DNA from: Perkinsus chesapeaki ATCC PRA-425
Taxonomy: Eukaryota > Protista > Perkinsozoa
Assembly: GCA_013115145.1 (NCBI GenBank)
Contig: JAAPAO010000092.1
Coordinates: 1-64,000, forward strand
DNA: 64,000 nucleotides
Direction of reading: 5' to 3'
This document shows positions 46,301 through 58,654 of the stretch, one piece after another (position 1 is the stretch's first letter; each line of letters begins with the position of its first letter). The position numbers and the translations under genes were made by a program. The notes under the pieces were generated by a model. It did not search any database. It had not been told where the DNA came from and saw nothing but the letters and a program-made list of their open reading frames with translations.

Positions 46301-47483
46301 AGGCATTTTTAGTTTCATTGATGCCTTTTATTCCATGAGCTTGGCTGGATTAGTTAATGACGATGCTCTTGTCGATAAGGTGGATATCGAAAAGGTCAGC
46401 TTGTCACTTGTACCTCGTAGGAAGCATTCCTCTGCTGTAGATCATTCGTAACTCCCCAGTGTCGGCTCTGCCGTCTCTCGCTTGGTCGCTGGTAGTTGCC
46501 AACTTCAATCGTCCCATGCCGTGGAGTGTCCTCTGTAAGCCGCCGCCTTGCAAGTCTGTTTAACACCGATGTGAGCAGGCTCGAGAATTATCCAGGATCC
46601 TACGAGAGCTATTGGCGATGTACAATTCGATGCCATGGGCGTCTGTGTTAAGGGGGATCCTCATCAAGCCGCTTTGTTGTAAGTTCCCTCATGCGACCTT
46701 TAGTGTATCATGCACGGTTTGAGCTTAGATACGAAGCACTGGCTAGCGCAGCAGCTATGAAATGGTTTGTGATAGACGAGCCGTCCGTAGTTGCCGGTAT
46801 GGAGAGCTGGAAGGCTGCTTGGACAAGTAAGTTTTGCCGTCCTGGAAATCTGTCGCACTCCCCAGTTCAATTAGACTCTATTGAACAGGGTGAATCTTGC
46901 TGGAAATTTTATTTCGTAAATCTCCGCCATGATCAGGCCTTCAACAGCAGCAAGATCCCTCCAGTCGAATGCCATGGACTGATATCCTTAACAAGGTAAG
47001 TTGCCACCCGTCATAATCGATTATTCGGGCGAGCGCTACTTCCTCAGCTGGATATCTCTCATCGAATGGACGTCGAGATCGGATATAAGTGGCCGTTGTG
47101 GGATGTTCCGATCCTTATGTCCGAGCTGAGCTGCGTTATCGATCCCAAATTGAAGAAGTCACAGATTGTTCATTATTACAGCGGGCTGACAACAGGGACG
47201 GCGAAGTTGAGGCATAGGATATGGAATGCTAAGTGAGAGAGAAGTGAGGCAGATCGATGAGGCATCACCTTGTCAGAGGTTACGCGGTGTTTGGCATTGG
47301 AGATGACCAGTTCCCGGATTCAAGTGGAGGAGCGTCGGAAGCCAATTGCGACTTCTTGGCGGGTTTACTCGATATAGTGAGTGCGCGCTTCTAGTTCGTT
47401 ACCCCCCCGGAGCTAGGTGGAGCCAACGTACCTTTGTTTGCTGGCGCTTGTTTTTCAAGACAGGAAATTCGAGCACCAATTGA
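43326..47483 (+). CDS. RAP-domain helical-repeat RNA-binding protein, probably mitochondrial, many introns; exact stop uncertain
   Basis: Arg/Ser/Ala-rich N-terminus (MSSHRLISSIAGRRAFASA); helical repeats such as CLDRARRFDPE|DFIDAFYSMSLAGLV; C-terminal VHYYSGLTTGTAKLRHRIWNAK|GYAVFGIGDDQF matches the RAP signature. Confidence 0.7.
45623..45666 (+). other. 44-nt intron made of a tRNA 3' end + TTTTTAG
   Basis: GTACGAA-AGGTC-GTGGG-TTCGAAT-CCCAG-CGACGGC-A-TTTTT-AG. Splicing gives APFLQ|STEAGSPDLSGVAAHARKRL, in frame with the next exon; the unspliced frame reaches a stop. Confidence 0.85.
46273..46312 (+). other. 40-nt intron made of a tRNA 3' end + TTTTTAG
   Basis: GTA-AGGTT-GTGGG-TTCGATC-CCTGG-TCGAGGC-A-TTTTT-AG. 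Splicing joins RRFDPE|DFIDAFYS in frame. Confidence 0.85.
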
Positions 47484-48604
47484 GGCTTACAAGAAGGACG
47501 AATTTTCAGCTTCAATTTGCTCGTCACGGGTCCGTCTAGAGTTCTCTGGAGCACTGATGAAGCTCGGATACCAGGCCGGGATAAGGGCGCATTTGCTCGT
47601 ATTAGTGAAATTTATTGATCTCGAAGCTATCAATTATAATTGTTAATTTGAGAGCTGCATCCTGTTACTCAAATTAGCTCACTCGACTTACCGCAATGCA
47701 TACTTTTCAACATTCTTCTTGATGTAGACGACGCTCGTGAAATTGACAAGAAATCTGATGGCAGTTACGATGAGAATGACTAAGAACTTTTAGGTGGTAA
47801 AAAACCAGATGAATAGCCAACGGCTGTCTGAGTTTGAGATACAGAAAACAGAGCGTCCCAACAGAAAGAACCCGCGAAAAGGCGGCGGCGGGGGAAAGGG
47901 AAAGGTCGTCGATTATGCAGCAGACCGAGCAAAGAAGGAGGCAAGATGGTTGAGGAGATAAGGCACATGTTTCCGATAAGTTGTGAACGCGTTTCGACTT
48001 GCTCGTCGAATGATTTGTGTTATTGCATTCTTTAATACACGACAACGTAACGGTGTAAAAAGCTAATGCGAAAGTTGAGAAGATGTGGGGAAAGCCGAGG
48101 CGGTGGCATTCAACCGTGGTAATGAGGTCGAAGCCACTGATAAGCAATTACTGGCTACGAGGCTACCAGGCATTAAAGTGGTGGTGTTAGACACTTGCCG
48201 TTCTTTCACTCGGTGGAAGGAATGGAAGCTATCGGGAGGACATATGCTCATATGTACACCCTAACACTTCATAATGCTAAGCGATGATACACTAGTTGAT
48301 TATAAACCTATCGTTTGGAAACGTTAAGACGGATAGGATAATGAACGTTCCTTGAATACAAAGGTATCTTTCAAAATCTGTGTTGGTGGAGTTATCATCT
48401 TAGTCCCCGGGGGCAGTCAGCCGCGCCCGTCTTTGGTTTTCAAGAACTTCTCGTGGTGGCCTCTGAACAGGGGGGTGTGATTCTCAACCGCTAATGGCCA
48501 AGATTCGATAAGACTTCTACGTTATGTAACCTACTGTAATGTTGTTTCAAGAATTGATGGAATAAAGCAGTTATAAAAGTTTGTCTCGTTTTGTTTGTTT
48601 TTTG

Positions 48605-50465
48605 ATGCCATCCTCGTTACTGGCCTCCTCAGCACTCCGCTTGGCTCCGCCATTACTACCAATATTGCCACCATTGATTAAACTAGGGCAGTTAGTTGCG
48701 CCGGTCAGCCTCTACCGTGAATACCCATGCCACAGCCGTTGTTGCAGTTCCTTGCCAAGATAGCGGCTAAAGGAGCTCTCGGTAAATACATACTTGCATC
48801 GAAGACGAAAATCCTTATTGGCTCCAAATGGACGGCTAAGGCACTGCCTCTCGCTCGAGTGTAGCTGAGCCCGCAGTGGGCTGTGTGAGCTTGTGGCTGT
48901 GTAGATACTCCATTAAACGAAAAGCAGACGGCAAGAGTCAAGACGAGTATCATTTCTGGATATTTGACAAGTCAATAGCCGCGGTATCGATTCTCACCGC
49001 AACCCTGACGACGCTGATCGTTCTCGGAAGCCTCGAGAGGAATCCGTTCAACGAAAGGTGCACTGAAGCTCCAGCGAAAAGAAGTGTTGCAGTATTCTCT
49101 ATAGATGGCGCCTTTTGCATTTATCAATTGGAGAGGAGAGGGAGCTCGGAGAGGCCGCGGCAAAAGCGATCCTGGACGATTGTTTTTCAAACGGCGTGCG
49201 TCGTCTCTGGAAGGGGAGAGCAAGTCCTACTTAGGCTCATGCTGTGCTCCCCTCCGAGCATCCACTTAGTAGGGAGATTGTAAGAATAGTCGACGCGCTG
49301 AATAATGAGTTGCCGCAACTGCTGGAAGATTACTTCAAGAGGTGAGGCTTGTCAGTCGTAGCGAGAACGCATCTCTCTGTTAGCTCTGGGGTCTCTCATC
49401 ATGCCTGGGAGGAGGGGAAGAATCTGATTCCGCAATGGAAGGTGAATGCTGCCAACACCCACCGGCCTGTCTAGCTCGCCAGCTCCAGGTTCACGTACTT
49501 CTCTCGGACACTTGCAACGCCACATGTCTGCCAAGCGGCGATGTTTTCATCTATGCCGGATGCATTGCGAGGTGTGGCAACGATCTCTGCGACTAGGGTT
49601 CGAAATTCCCAGCAGATGCGCAAGTCGAGATCGTCTGGCAGCCATTATAGCCCACGAGATGGCGCATGTAATTAGTCGACACGGTAGTACCCCATATGCG
49701 GTCACCGTGCTGCCTAGTACCCTTTTCAGGTGCAGAGCAAATTAGCGCCGCTGCGATCATGGACGTGCCGCTCGGGTGAGACTCTGTCAGCGGCTATAAT
49801 GATACAATGACAGATACTTCTCGTCTATCTTAACACTATCTATGACGGCATTTGGTATCTTTCGTTACATTTTCATGTGGCATCGGCCACCTACGAGTTG
49901 GATCGTTGATTTACCGTAATGAGCCTCATAAACACAAAAGGCCATTAGCGTTTAAGGTACTCTCGTCATTGTGAGCATGAAGCTGATGTTCTTGGCATGG
50001 AGCTAATGAGCCGAGCGGGATTCGACCCAAGAGCAGCGGTGAGTTCGATATTACCGAAACATGCCTTACGCTCCTAAACTACTCACTTTGTATTCTGTAG
50101 TGGTATGTGGTGTAAAGTATCGGCGACATCCGGCTACTAGATCTTCTTCTCCAGGACCTGCTCTTTTTTGTGATATTTCAGCAAGCCTTGTTTAGATAGG
50201 ATCGCAAGCAGTTTTAGCGCTGGCCATGTCCGAGACAACTCCGTCATGGGCGCGTACACACCCCCCTTCTGAGGATCGAGCGTCAGTCCTTCGAGATAAC
50301 TTGCCTCACTGCATGCAATTTTATTATGCCAACGCCTTCAAGGAAGTCATGTTCGATGCAGCGCTCGCCGTAGATGAAAGGTCTTTTGGCAACCGTCTCA
50401 AGGCGATGGTGTTTCGACAAAGAACGACGAATGAGAGACGTTTGCAAGGTCAAGGCGTCAGCTAG
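48605..50465 (+). CDS. OMA1: OMA1-like M48 zinc metalloprotease, multi-exon
   Basis: LERNPFNER|WRLLHLSIGEERELGE, LPSGDVFIYAGCIAR|CASRDRLAAIIAHEMAHVISRH (HEXXH), EHEADVLGMELMSRAGFDPRAA, WARTHPPSEDR. Confidence 0.88.
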
Positions 50466-51417
50466 TTCGTGGTGATGGATGTGTTTCGTTAGATACAATA
50501 GAGTATTGGTCGCGGATACTTCGCGAGGAGACCGTTAGAGAGTACTTGAATGGTGAACTCTCAGAGGAGAACTCGAGTGTGCAGAAGAATATCAGCCGTT
50601 TACAAAAAACGCTTTCGGTTGAGTAGCACGTTTCACACCCACTTGTTTTTGTGTGCCGACTAGTGGCGAACAACTGAACATCCAACCCACGCGATCAGTC
50701 ATAGATAAATACTATTACTAGTAGAAGTGAGAACTGCCCGCAATGGTCTTCCGAAATAGTTTACCACTATACCTCCCGCCGAGCGGAATATACACTAGTT
50801 AAGAAGTATGCGGACTGCGCCCGGCAGCCTGGGCACGCCTAGCGACTCTTCAGTCATAGAATTACAAACTTCTAGCTGCCACATCACCATGTTTCGAACC
50901 TAGAATGTATCGATCGGAAATTCCTAGCCCATTAGCCATTTCCCCGAACGAAATTAAGGCACCGGCAATAGACTGGTGCCATTAGCTCTAAGTGGATTAC
51001 CGTCAAATACGGAATGTTTGATGAGATTACAGAAACTACGCTAGCGCTACCTGGAGTGTGCTCAAGCTCGGCATAAGCTTTCGTAAGGTGTTTACAGCCA
51101 TAGCAAAGCCTTCTCGAGTTTTGAGTAAAGCCGCTTCACCAATCATAGCGGGTGACGCGGCAAACGTCGTACTCCAGCGCTCACAACTCTTATTTGCCAT
51201 ACGAGCGACCCCAGATCGATCCTTGGTGGAAGCACCCGAGGTTCCAAAGCTCCCTTGTTGAGTTACGCCGTTGATCAGCTGCTACCGCAACATATGTTAC
51301 TGTGATGCTCGATTTGGCATTCAAAATTCTCGAGCAATTTTCCAGTCGAGTGTTGATCCGCGTCACATCATTTAAGCCTCGAACCTCTGTATCGTAGTCC
51401 ACGACTCGTAGATCCAT
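50458..51417 (-). CDS. Possible multi-exon hypothetical protein
   Basis: MDLRVVDYDTEVRG...SSIT|GSFGTSGASTKDRSGVARM...LSTLQ| plus ORF 50458-50685; no family recognised. Confidence 0.3.
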
Positions 51418-52124
51418 TAATAACTGTATAATATATTATCGTTGCTAGTGAGTTGATCTTGGTGGTAATACACTGAGTGCCCGGCACTCCTTGTCGACAT
51501 TCGATTAGCATTCGGATAGAATATACAACGAGGTATCTTAGCACCGTACGATGTACGTGTACCTCGGACCAGGATGCACTTGAATTACTCGTAACCTGAT
51601 TTTGTAGCTTTGGGAAAACATTATCGAGCCAATGCCGGACTCCGCTGCCCTGAGATCATACCAGTAGGAGTAGACGGCTTATTGCGACGCTTCCGGCGCC
51701 ATGCCGCCCCAATGGGGCATCACGTATCGGCGACGCGGCGACGTGCGTGAAGCTATTGCTAAGCTAGCCTTGGGGGATTTCCGACTCGGGCACTTTCCCA
51801 TGACCGAATAGATTAGACCGGTTAGATAGGTTAGTCGTAGGCAGTGCCTACGGTCGAATATGCCTCACACTGTCATGGTGTCACACCATTGGTGTGTGTA
51901 GTTGTGTATTTATAGGCCTTTTTCCATATAGGCAGTCGCCTTGTATCCTCCATTTAAAAATGCCTTGGCGAAAAGTTCACTCAGTATAATTGAATGGCCA
52001 GGTGATAGCCTCGTCTCCGCCTTTAGTAAGTGCCCCTCATGAGCTAGCCATCATCTACACATGTTGAGCAGCTACTTCACTCCAAGGAGTATCTTCACTG
52101 TAGCCTTTGTGTTTTTCAATATCA

Positions 52125-54122
52125 ATGTCTGTCCCCTCAAGTGTGGCCTCAACACTAACTCACTCCGATAGTGAATCGCCATCGTCACGGAAGATTCGCG
52201 AACATGGCGTAACCAGCAAGTAATTTGTCACAGACTCGGTTCGCGGTGGAGACTCCTTCAGGGCATTCTTCTTCACTTGCTGCAACGCTCTCATCTCGCA
52301 AGCCCTCTCGACTCCGTATATGTTCACTACTGCTGGATGGATATCTTTTCTATCACAGGCTTTGACAGTACTATTAACGTTCATTTCGACAGAACTTCTC
52401 AGAAAAGTACTTCAGAGCGAGCAGGTACTGCAACACTATATTGCAGTGAGCTATTATAAACTCTTAGATACGTGCCTATGGGGATGAGAAAGGCGTGCCA
52501 CATTTCGAGAGAGAATACACATTTTTAGCTGAGTACTGCGGAGGTCGAATCGGCCGCATCATAGTTCTTCTTGTAAGCCTGTACTTCACACACGAGCATG
52601 CTCAGATACCTTATGTCCAGAATGTATATTTAGGCCATATTTTTGAACTACTTCGCTGGCGTTGCGACAATCATCGGGGCTATTGGAGTCTGTGGTACCC
52701 TTATGGCTCCGGCAATAAGAGGTGAAAATCAGGACAGTTCACTCACTTTATCACTCGCTATCAGATGATGTTTGGATCATGATTTTTTCACTTGCTCTAT
52801 TCGTTATTATCGCAGTCCCTTGGCTTAAAAAAGTTGCGGCTGTTATGGGAGTACTAGCGGTTATTGGAACTATCGGAACTATGGCTTCGTGGGTAAGTCT
52901 TCGCTCTTCAACACATGATCTGTATCATATTCATACCCTCAGGTCGGCACATCAACTGCAATTTTACCCGAGTCACACGTAGTTGAAAATATGTCTCCAC
53001 GCCAGCCTCTTATGGACAACATCATCGCCGCTATCAGCCTGTCAGTCTGGACTTCTGGTGACCTGCCATCCTTGAACCCATTCCTTGGTTGTGTTGAGGG
53101 TAGGCAGCCATATGATGACTTCTAGCTTTTACCAGTACGCCTTGTTAGGTTCGAGCAACAGGCGGATCAGACTAATACTGTTTACTTGTCAAGTCATTGC
53201 GCTCCTCTACATTTATATTATGGGTTTGGCAGGAATGCAGCTCTGCGATGGCCCTTGTAACGAATTCTATCCGGCAAGCTTCAATGGTGAGAGCTCATTT
53301 GGCATAACTAGAAATCGGTTCATTGCGCGTTCCATATGTGTTCGATTAGGTATTGCTCCAGACCGCATTCCGCTGTGGTTGGTATACTTCTTGTATGTTT
53401 CCATATTGATGAGGATGCTATCTATGGCACAAGCCAAGATGGTGACAATAATGGTTGCTACTGAAAAAGCCGTTTGCCATTTCATGGTAAGTATCCATTG
53501 GACTTGATAACCAGCTGACTCGGGTGGGAGTGAGGTGCTCTAGTTTGACGGGAGATAAAGCTCTGAACATGGCGGGCAATCCTAGATTCATTTCTATGAC
53601 TTACACTGGGTGACAGTCATGCCGACTTCCTTTTGTTAACTATCTCAGGCTTCATTTCACTGGACCAGCAGTCTGACGACTACGAATGCTTGGCGGATTT
53701 TTCTCCGACTTTTGCTGGTTACATCTCTTGCACTGGCTGCAGTCGTAGCGAAGAGTGAACTAGCTTATTTCCAAGTGGTGGCTTCTGCCCTCCTAACTAC
53801 ATGTAAGATACATCGTATCACTCAATGCTATTCCCCCTCGATAACCAGCTCTCTCTCGGAGCATCTGGTTCATAATCGTAATATTAATAGAAAATGCAAG
53901 CGCATCGCTCGCGCTCAAATACATAGGATTATGGTGATTATTCAGAGTATCTTTTGAGATCTGTTCTCCTCAGGTTTATTATATTTATGCCCGTTATGGT
54001 TTTATTATAAAGTGATTGAGCCACCGGCCATTCAACGCTACTTGATGTATCTGTTTGTTGTATTAATTGTCACATTCATAGCACTGGCTACATATATTTC
54101 CTTCATGAGGGTCTTTGCCTAG
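52125..54122 (+). CDS. Amino acid/auxin permease (AAAP, Aa_trans) family transporter, copy 1
   Basis: SFRAFFFTCCNALISQALSTPYMFTTAGWISF, EYTFLAEYCGGRIGRIIV, multiple TM exons and C-terminal LCPLWFYYKV...RVFA*. The first intron (52198-52233) requires a GC donor. Confidence 0.75.
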
Positions 54123-55918
54123 TGGTGGCTCGAAGTTCTATCACTGATATTGTTAATGCGTGTGTGGTGTAGGGTTCCGCATTAAAGATTATTCACTACA
54201 GGCAGATGTATAGTTGGATTCCTCATCGTGGGTGTCCAAACTATCAATAAATTACCACATGCGTATCAGCGCAGCATTGGCGCATTCTCTCTCCTTCCGT
54301 TGCTGAATCGTTGATATTTTACGTATTTCAAATAATTTTACTGATTCGCAAATTCTGAACAGGTGAGGAGACCCTTCGAGAAGGGGTCTTTAGTTACCCC
54401 GCGATTTCTCATCCCCAATATGCATTCGTCTGAGGAGTTATAAGTAGCGATTCTCCTCAAACGAGTAGTGGTAACTCATTATTAAATCATGTTCCATGGG
54501 GTGAACGTATCATATTGTTCGTGTTTTTACATAGGATAGCGTAGCTGTTGATTTGATGTCGAATGGTATATTGCTATTATTCACTACATAATACTTACAC
54601 ATCGCCAAGCTGTCTAGCATTGTATCTAGTTACGCAGTGTAGCTGTCTGGCATTCCACTGCTACTTATTCATAGAACAATATATTCTCTTTTTCCGATAA
54701 AATCTGTTGTGTCGAGTTGTATGAAATTCAATCCTGTAAAACAATTAATGCTTCCACAAGAATGACTCCAAGAAGGGAGCAGGCAAGCTACGTCACCTAG
54801 GTGGCGAGGTCTAATTTGGCCAACAGACTGCCAATTAGGCCATATCACATTGAGGATAGCGGGTTATAAGAATCATGACATTTCGCAGTTAAACTATGAT
54901 GATAGTTACAGCGCAAGCTCGCATAGAGAGGTCGGTGGCTCTGGGCTCCCGGGCTCTCAATTGTGGGGAGTGGCTCTGTATACACCCATCGGTATCGTTC
55001 CTGTACGTGTAATAGGCAATGCAATATTTTTGTTGAACAAGGAGAAAGAAGCTCTTGTAGGCAAGCACTTCCTCAAAAGATGAGTAACATATACTCTATA
55101 TCCAACAACTCCAATCCAGCAAAGATCGGTTAGCCTTTTCAGTTAGTCAGAACTGTACGGCGCGTTTTGACCGTACCTTATGGAGCAGGACTCACAAGAC
55201 GTTCACGATATCACTATGGTTGGCCTCACAGTAGAATAAAACAGCGCACATGGTAACGATATATCCTGCTGATAGTCTAGCCTCGTACAATACTGTTCGT
55301 TGAAGAAATATTTGCCGTAGCCCACTATCCCCTCCGAAGGTGTCTTTGCTCGAAAAAATAGACTTGTAAGCTATATGGCGACGTAGTAACCACCACGCCG
55401 TCGCAACGGGTTTTTTCTCGCTTGCAATGAGTGTTAAAGACCAGCGAAAACTGAGCAAGAGGCTCTCTCCCTGCAGCGTAGTCCTGCTCCAATAGCAATT
55501 GGACGTGAGCATGGACTCCATTCGACGGAATCCGTTGCACATCGGATGGAGGAGCAAGTGGCACTTGATGATCCCGCCCTGATAGAAATGGTAAACTGCC
55601 AAGGAGTACAGTACATGTAACGTTGCTAACGGGGAGTAAAAAAGATGGCCAGATGGTCGAGCTGCAGTGTACGATACTTCTGAGCAGGTCGGATCGGCGA
55701 CGACCTGACTCGTTGGCTGCCCAAATGAAGTAGACAGAGGAAAGGCGCTAGTAGCGCCATCGCTGTCTATGCGCCTTTCCTTCGCGTACTCGGGTTTGGG
55801 TTTTACTTCCTCCGCGTGCATTGCTTTGCTGTGCGTGGATTCAACACGGAAGTGCTAACTTTAGCCATTTCAGCGAATTCTCAGCGTATTATTGTTCCAA
55901 ACTCCCGATTATAGTTTA

Positions 55919-57052
55919 ATGACTGGTGTCGCTGCACTGGTAAGCATCAGCGTGATGCTTAATCTGACATACAGCGAATTATCTCTGCCGTTCAGCGATG
56001 ATAAAGTGACTGACATTCTCTTCGATCGACAACCATTAGACTTGTATATGGATTCACGCTCCATTGCTACTTATGTTATCTACAAAGACTGGTATGAGAA
56101 GACTTATGGGAGATGTCCGCCAAAGACATGTTACACTTGCGCTGGAGGTTGTAACCCTTACCGCGAGGAGAGGTTCATGGTCAAGCTCGATGACGGTAGT
56201 CGAATGGAGACGGTGTTTCATGAAGGTCTTTTGCAATTCGCCGGCCTTAAGCTCAAAGTGAGATTCCGACTCATTATCGAATGGTCTCCAAGCACTGTAT
56301 ACCCACCTAAGAAGCCTAGGAATCATCTGGGGATTGGATACCGGCGAAATTCGTCTGGTGAGGGGATTTTGTCGCAGCTGTTCCTAAACCACATCATATC
56401 CGAGAGAACGGTATCGATTTGTACCCCTAGCAGTCCTAGAAAGTTCACTGGTAAGGTTATACTTGGGTCGTTTACGGCAAGCGAGTGTCGGACCACATAC
56501 CCGCAAAAGCGTTATCGAATGAAATCACCCGAGTTGTCCTTCAATACAGCCTTATCCTATGTTGGTGTGGTGAGTGTCGAGGGCAAAACGTTCGTTCACA
56601 AAATGCCCAATGGTTTAGCTCTCTATGATACGGGAGCATATTCCATTATCTTGCCTAAGCCTTACTTCGAGTCCGTATTAAACAAGATGACAGATCTCAT
56701 CAAGCAAGGTTCACATCGGGGTGCTTATGTTAAAACAAAAGACGGTGAATGGTATATTCGACAGGAAGAATATAGATATTTTCCTGATCTGGGATTCGCG
56801 CTGGGAGGTTTATGGGAGGATACAGCTATACTGATCCCGCCTAAATACTATACGGAACGCTGTAATGGCACTTGGTGTGCACTTCTTCTACAACACCATA
56901 GCTCTCCTGAAGTAATGCTTGGTCGCCCATTTTTTACTTCTCATTTCTCTTCGTTCGGGGAGGGGCCAAGTGGTCTAAGAACAGTCACACTAGCAGATTA
57001 TGCAAGCAGAGAGAGATATCAGGGGTCCTTGGAGTCCTTACGAGATAGTTAG
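55919..57052 (+). CDS. A1 aspartyl protease paralog, intronless; first catalytic motif DSR
   Basis: Signal-like MTGVAALVSISVML, LYMDSRSIA, LYDTGAYS, MLGRPFF; clearly paralogous to the 6.5-14.4 kb copies. Confidence 0.88.
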   Translation: MTGVAALVSISVMLNLTYSELSLPFSDDKVTDILFDRQPLDLYMDSRSIATYVIYKDWYEKTYGRCPPKTCYTCAGGCNPYREERFMVKLDDGSRMETVFHEGLLQFAGLKLKVRFRLIIEWSPSTVYPPKKPRNHLGIGYRRNSSGEGILSQLFLNHIISERTVSICTPSSPRKFTGKVILGSFTASECRTTYPQKRYRMKSPELSFNTALSYVGVVSVEGKTFVHKMPNGLALYDTGAYSIILPKPYFESVLNKMTDLIKQGSHRGAYVKTKDGEWYIRQEEYRYFPDLGFALGGLWEDTAILIPPKYYTERCNGTWCALLLQHHSSPEVMLGRPFFTSHFSSFGEGPSGLRTVTLADYASRERYQGSLESLRDS

Positions 57053-57235
57053 AACTTGGAGTCTTTAGTTTCGCGTAACTCTGGCAGAGAGTAGTAGGAG
57101 TGAAGATAAGATAATCTTTACCGATGACCAATGTAGAACATTGTTATTACTCAGGAAGAGTGTTGGGTTAATTATAAGGGTAACCATTGGACCACTGGCT
57201 GTGGGAGCACTTGCACATCCACTTGCTTTCCCCAT

Positions 57236-57400
57236 TCAAGCTTTGAAGCTCAAAGGTTTCAAGAAGGCATCCGGGTCATTGTGGCGATCGAATCGCCAGA
57301 TATGTTCCGGTTTCGTATCCACTGGCATGAAACACTTCGTTCTCCCAGAACCAGGAAGGAAAGCCAGCAGAGCCAAAGCAAGCTCCGGACTGTAGTAGAA
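57236..57400 (-). pseudogene. Duplicated C-terminal fragment of the 61404-64000 gene
   Basis: KCFMPVDTKPEHIWRFDRHNDPDAFLK matches KCFTPVDTKPEHIWQFDPHNNPDAFLE at about 61450-61540. Confidence 0.8.
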
Positions 57401-58654
57401 TCCTCGCTACCTGAGGTAGCCTACCTCAATAAATGTAAGATATACCCAATTAGTCCGAATCGGGGCATTTTATTAAGAACGTTCATAATAGACAGATGGT
57501 CTGGATAAAACTAAAGTGGACTTCCCAATGACGTAGAGGATAAGATGGATAACTGCTGCTGACTAGTCGTAGGCTACGACTCGTAGCAGAAGGAGCAGCG
57601 GCCAAACCGCCAGGCCTAACGGAGCTGCTGTGAGTGGTCCCCTCCACCTAGCGAGTTGCAATCATTTTTCAACCGAAGACTCCCATTTTTGCCACCAACG
57701 GTCGCGATGCTTCGTCATGAGCATGCATACACAGCACGGACGGAATCGAGGTGGGCGACAAAAGTTTTTTGGGGCCCATCGTGACCGCTGCCATTGAAGA
57801 TGTCGGCGATGACCCCGGCATTCGCCATAAGTACAAGAATTCTAAGAAGACTGAAGGACTACTTCTACTAACTACTATCTCAGTTATAATGAGACATTTT
57901 GAAGGCTTCAATATTCCGAGTCGAATATTCAATATTCCACTTCGAAATTTTCCGAGTCGAGAGTTGTACGCAGGTTCCGTGGCGCCGCACCACTGGCGCG
58001 TGACGTTAAGCAGGCCTCGACCTGGCGAGCCGTAGATATTCGAATAGAACTTCTAGCGAATATTTCTTACTTAGGTGCCACCAAGCAACTGAGTGCCTCA
58101 TGCTTCTCCCCAACACTCGGTTAGATTATACAGTACGAGCCAGTATGTTAAAAGAGCACCGTCTGATTTACGTGTCCCTTGGCCCAGGATGCACCCACAT
58201 AACCCATAATCTAGCCTTGCTGCGAGGGCAAGTAAAGATCGATCGAATGTTAGGCCGCCTTTTGAGTACTACCCTCAAATTAGAGCGGTATGCCACTGCC
58301 GGTATTCATGAACGGCAAATCGCGATAATTTCGGCATCATGGCGGCTCAGGCGGAGAGCCCGTGGAGCTAGTGAATCACTAGCAGTGATGGGTGATATTC
58401 CCTCACGGGGTTTGTGAGGCAGATTCTGTCTTCTGGCCGGTCAACTTATCCATAGACACACATATCCAACGTTTGTTGTCCATGCATTCTGGCGCAAGGC
58501 TCACTCAGTATAATTGAACGGCCGGCTGTTAGCCTCGATAGATTCTTGTCTCCGCCTTGAACAAGGGGCCCTCATGGGTTAGCCATCGTCTACACATGAT
58601 GAGCAACTACCCCAAGGAGTATCTTCACTGTAGCTATTGTGTCTTTCAATATCA

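Noticed and set aside
45590-46312. Complete tRNA genes at the two T-arm sites (including a CTGAAGA Phe-like loop at 46266)
   Set aside because: Upstream sequence is coding exon with no D-arm or anticodon stem pairing and the wrong spacing; only the 3' fragment is tRNA-like.
47707-48147. 146-aa minus-strand ORF
   Set aside because: No recognisable motif or composition; lies between the RAP and OMA1 genes and is likely non-coding.
55192-55821. 209-aa minus-strand ORF
   Set aside because: No homology recognised; it overlaps the conserved protease upstream motif, so it may be a chance ORF in flanking DNA.
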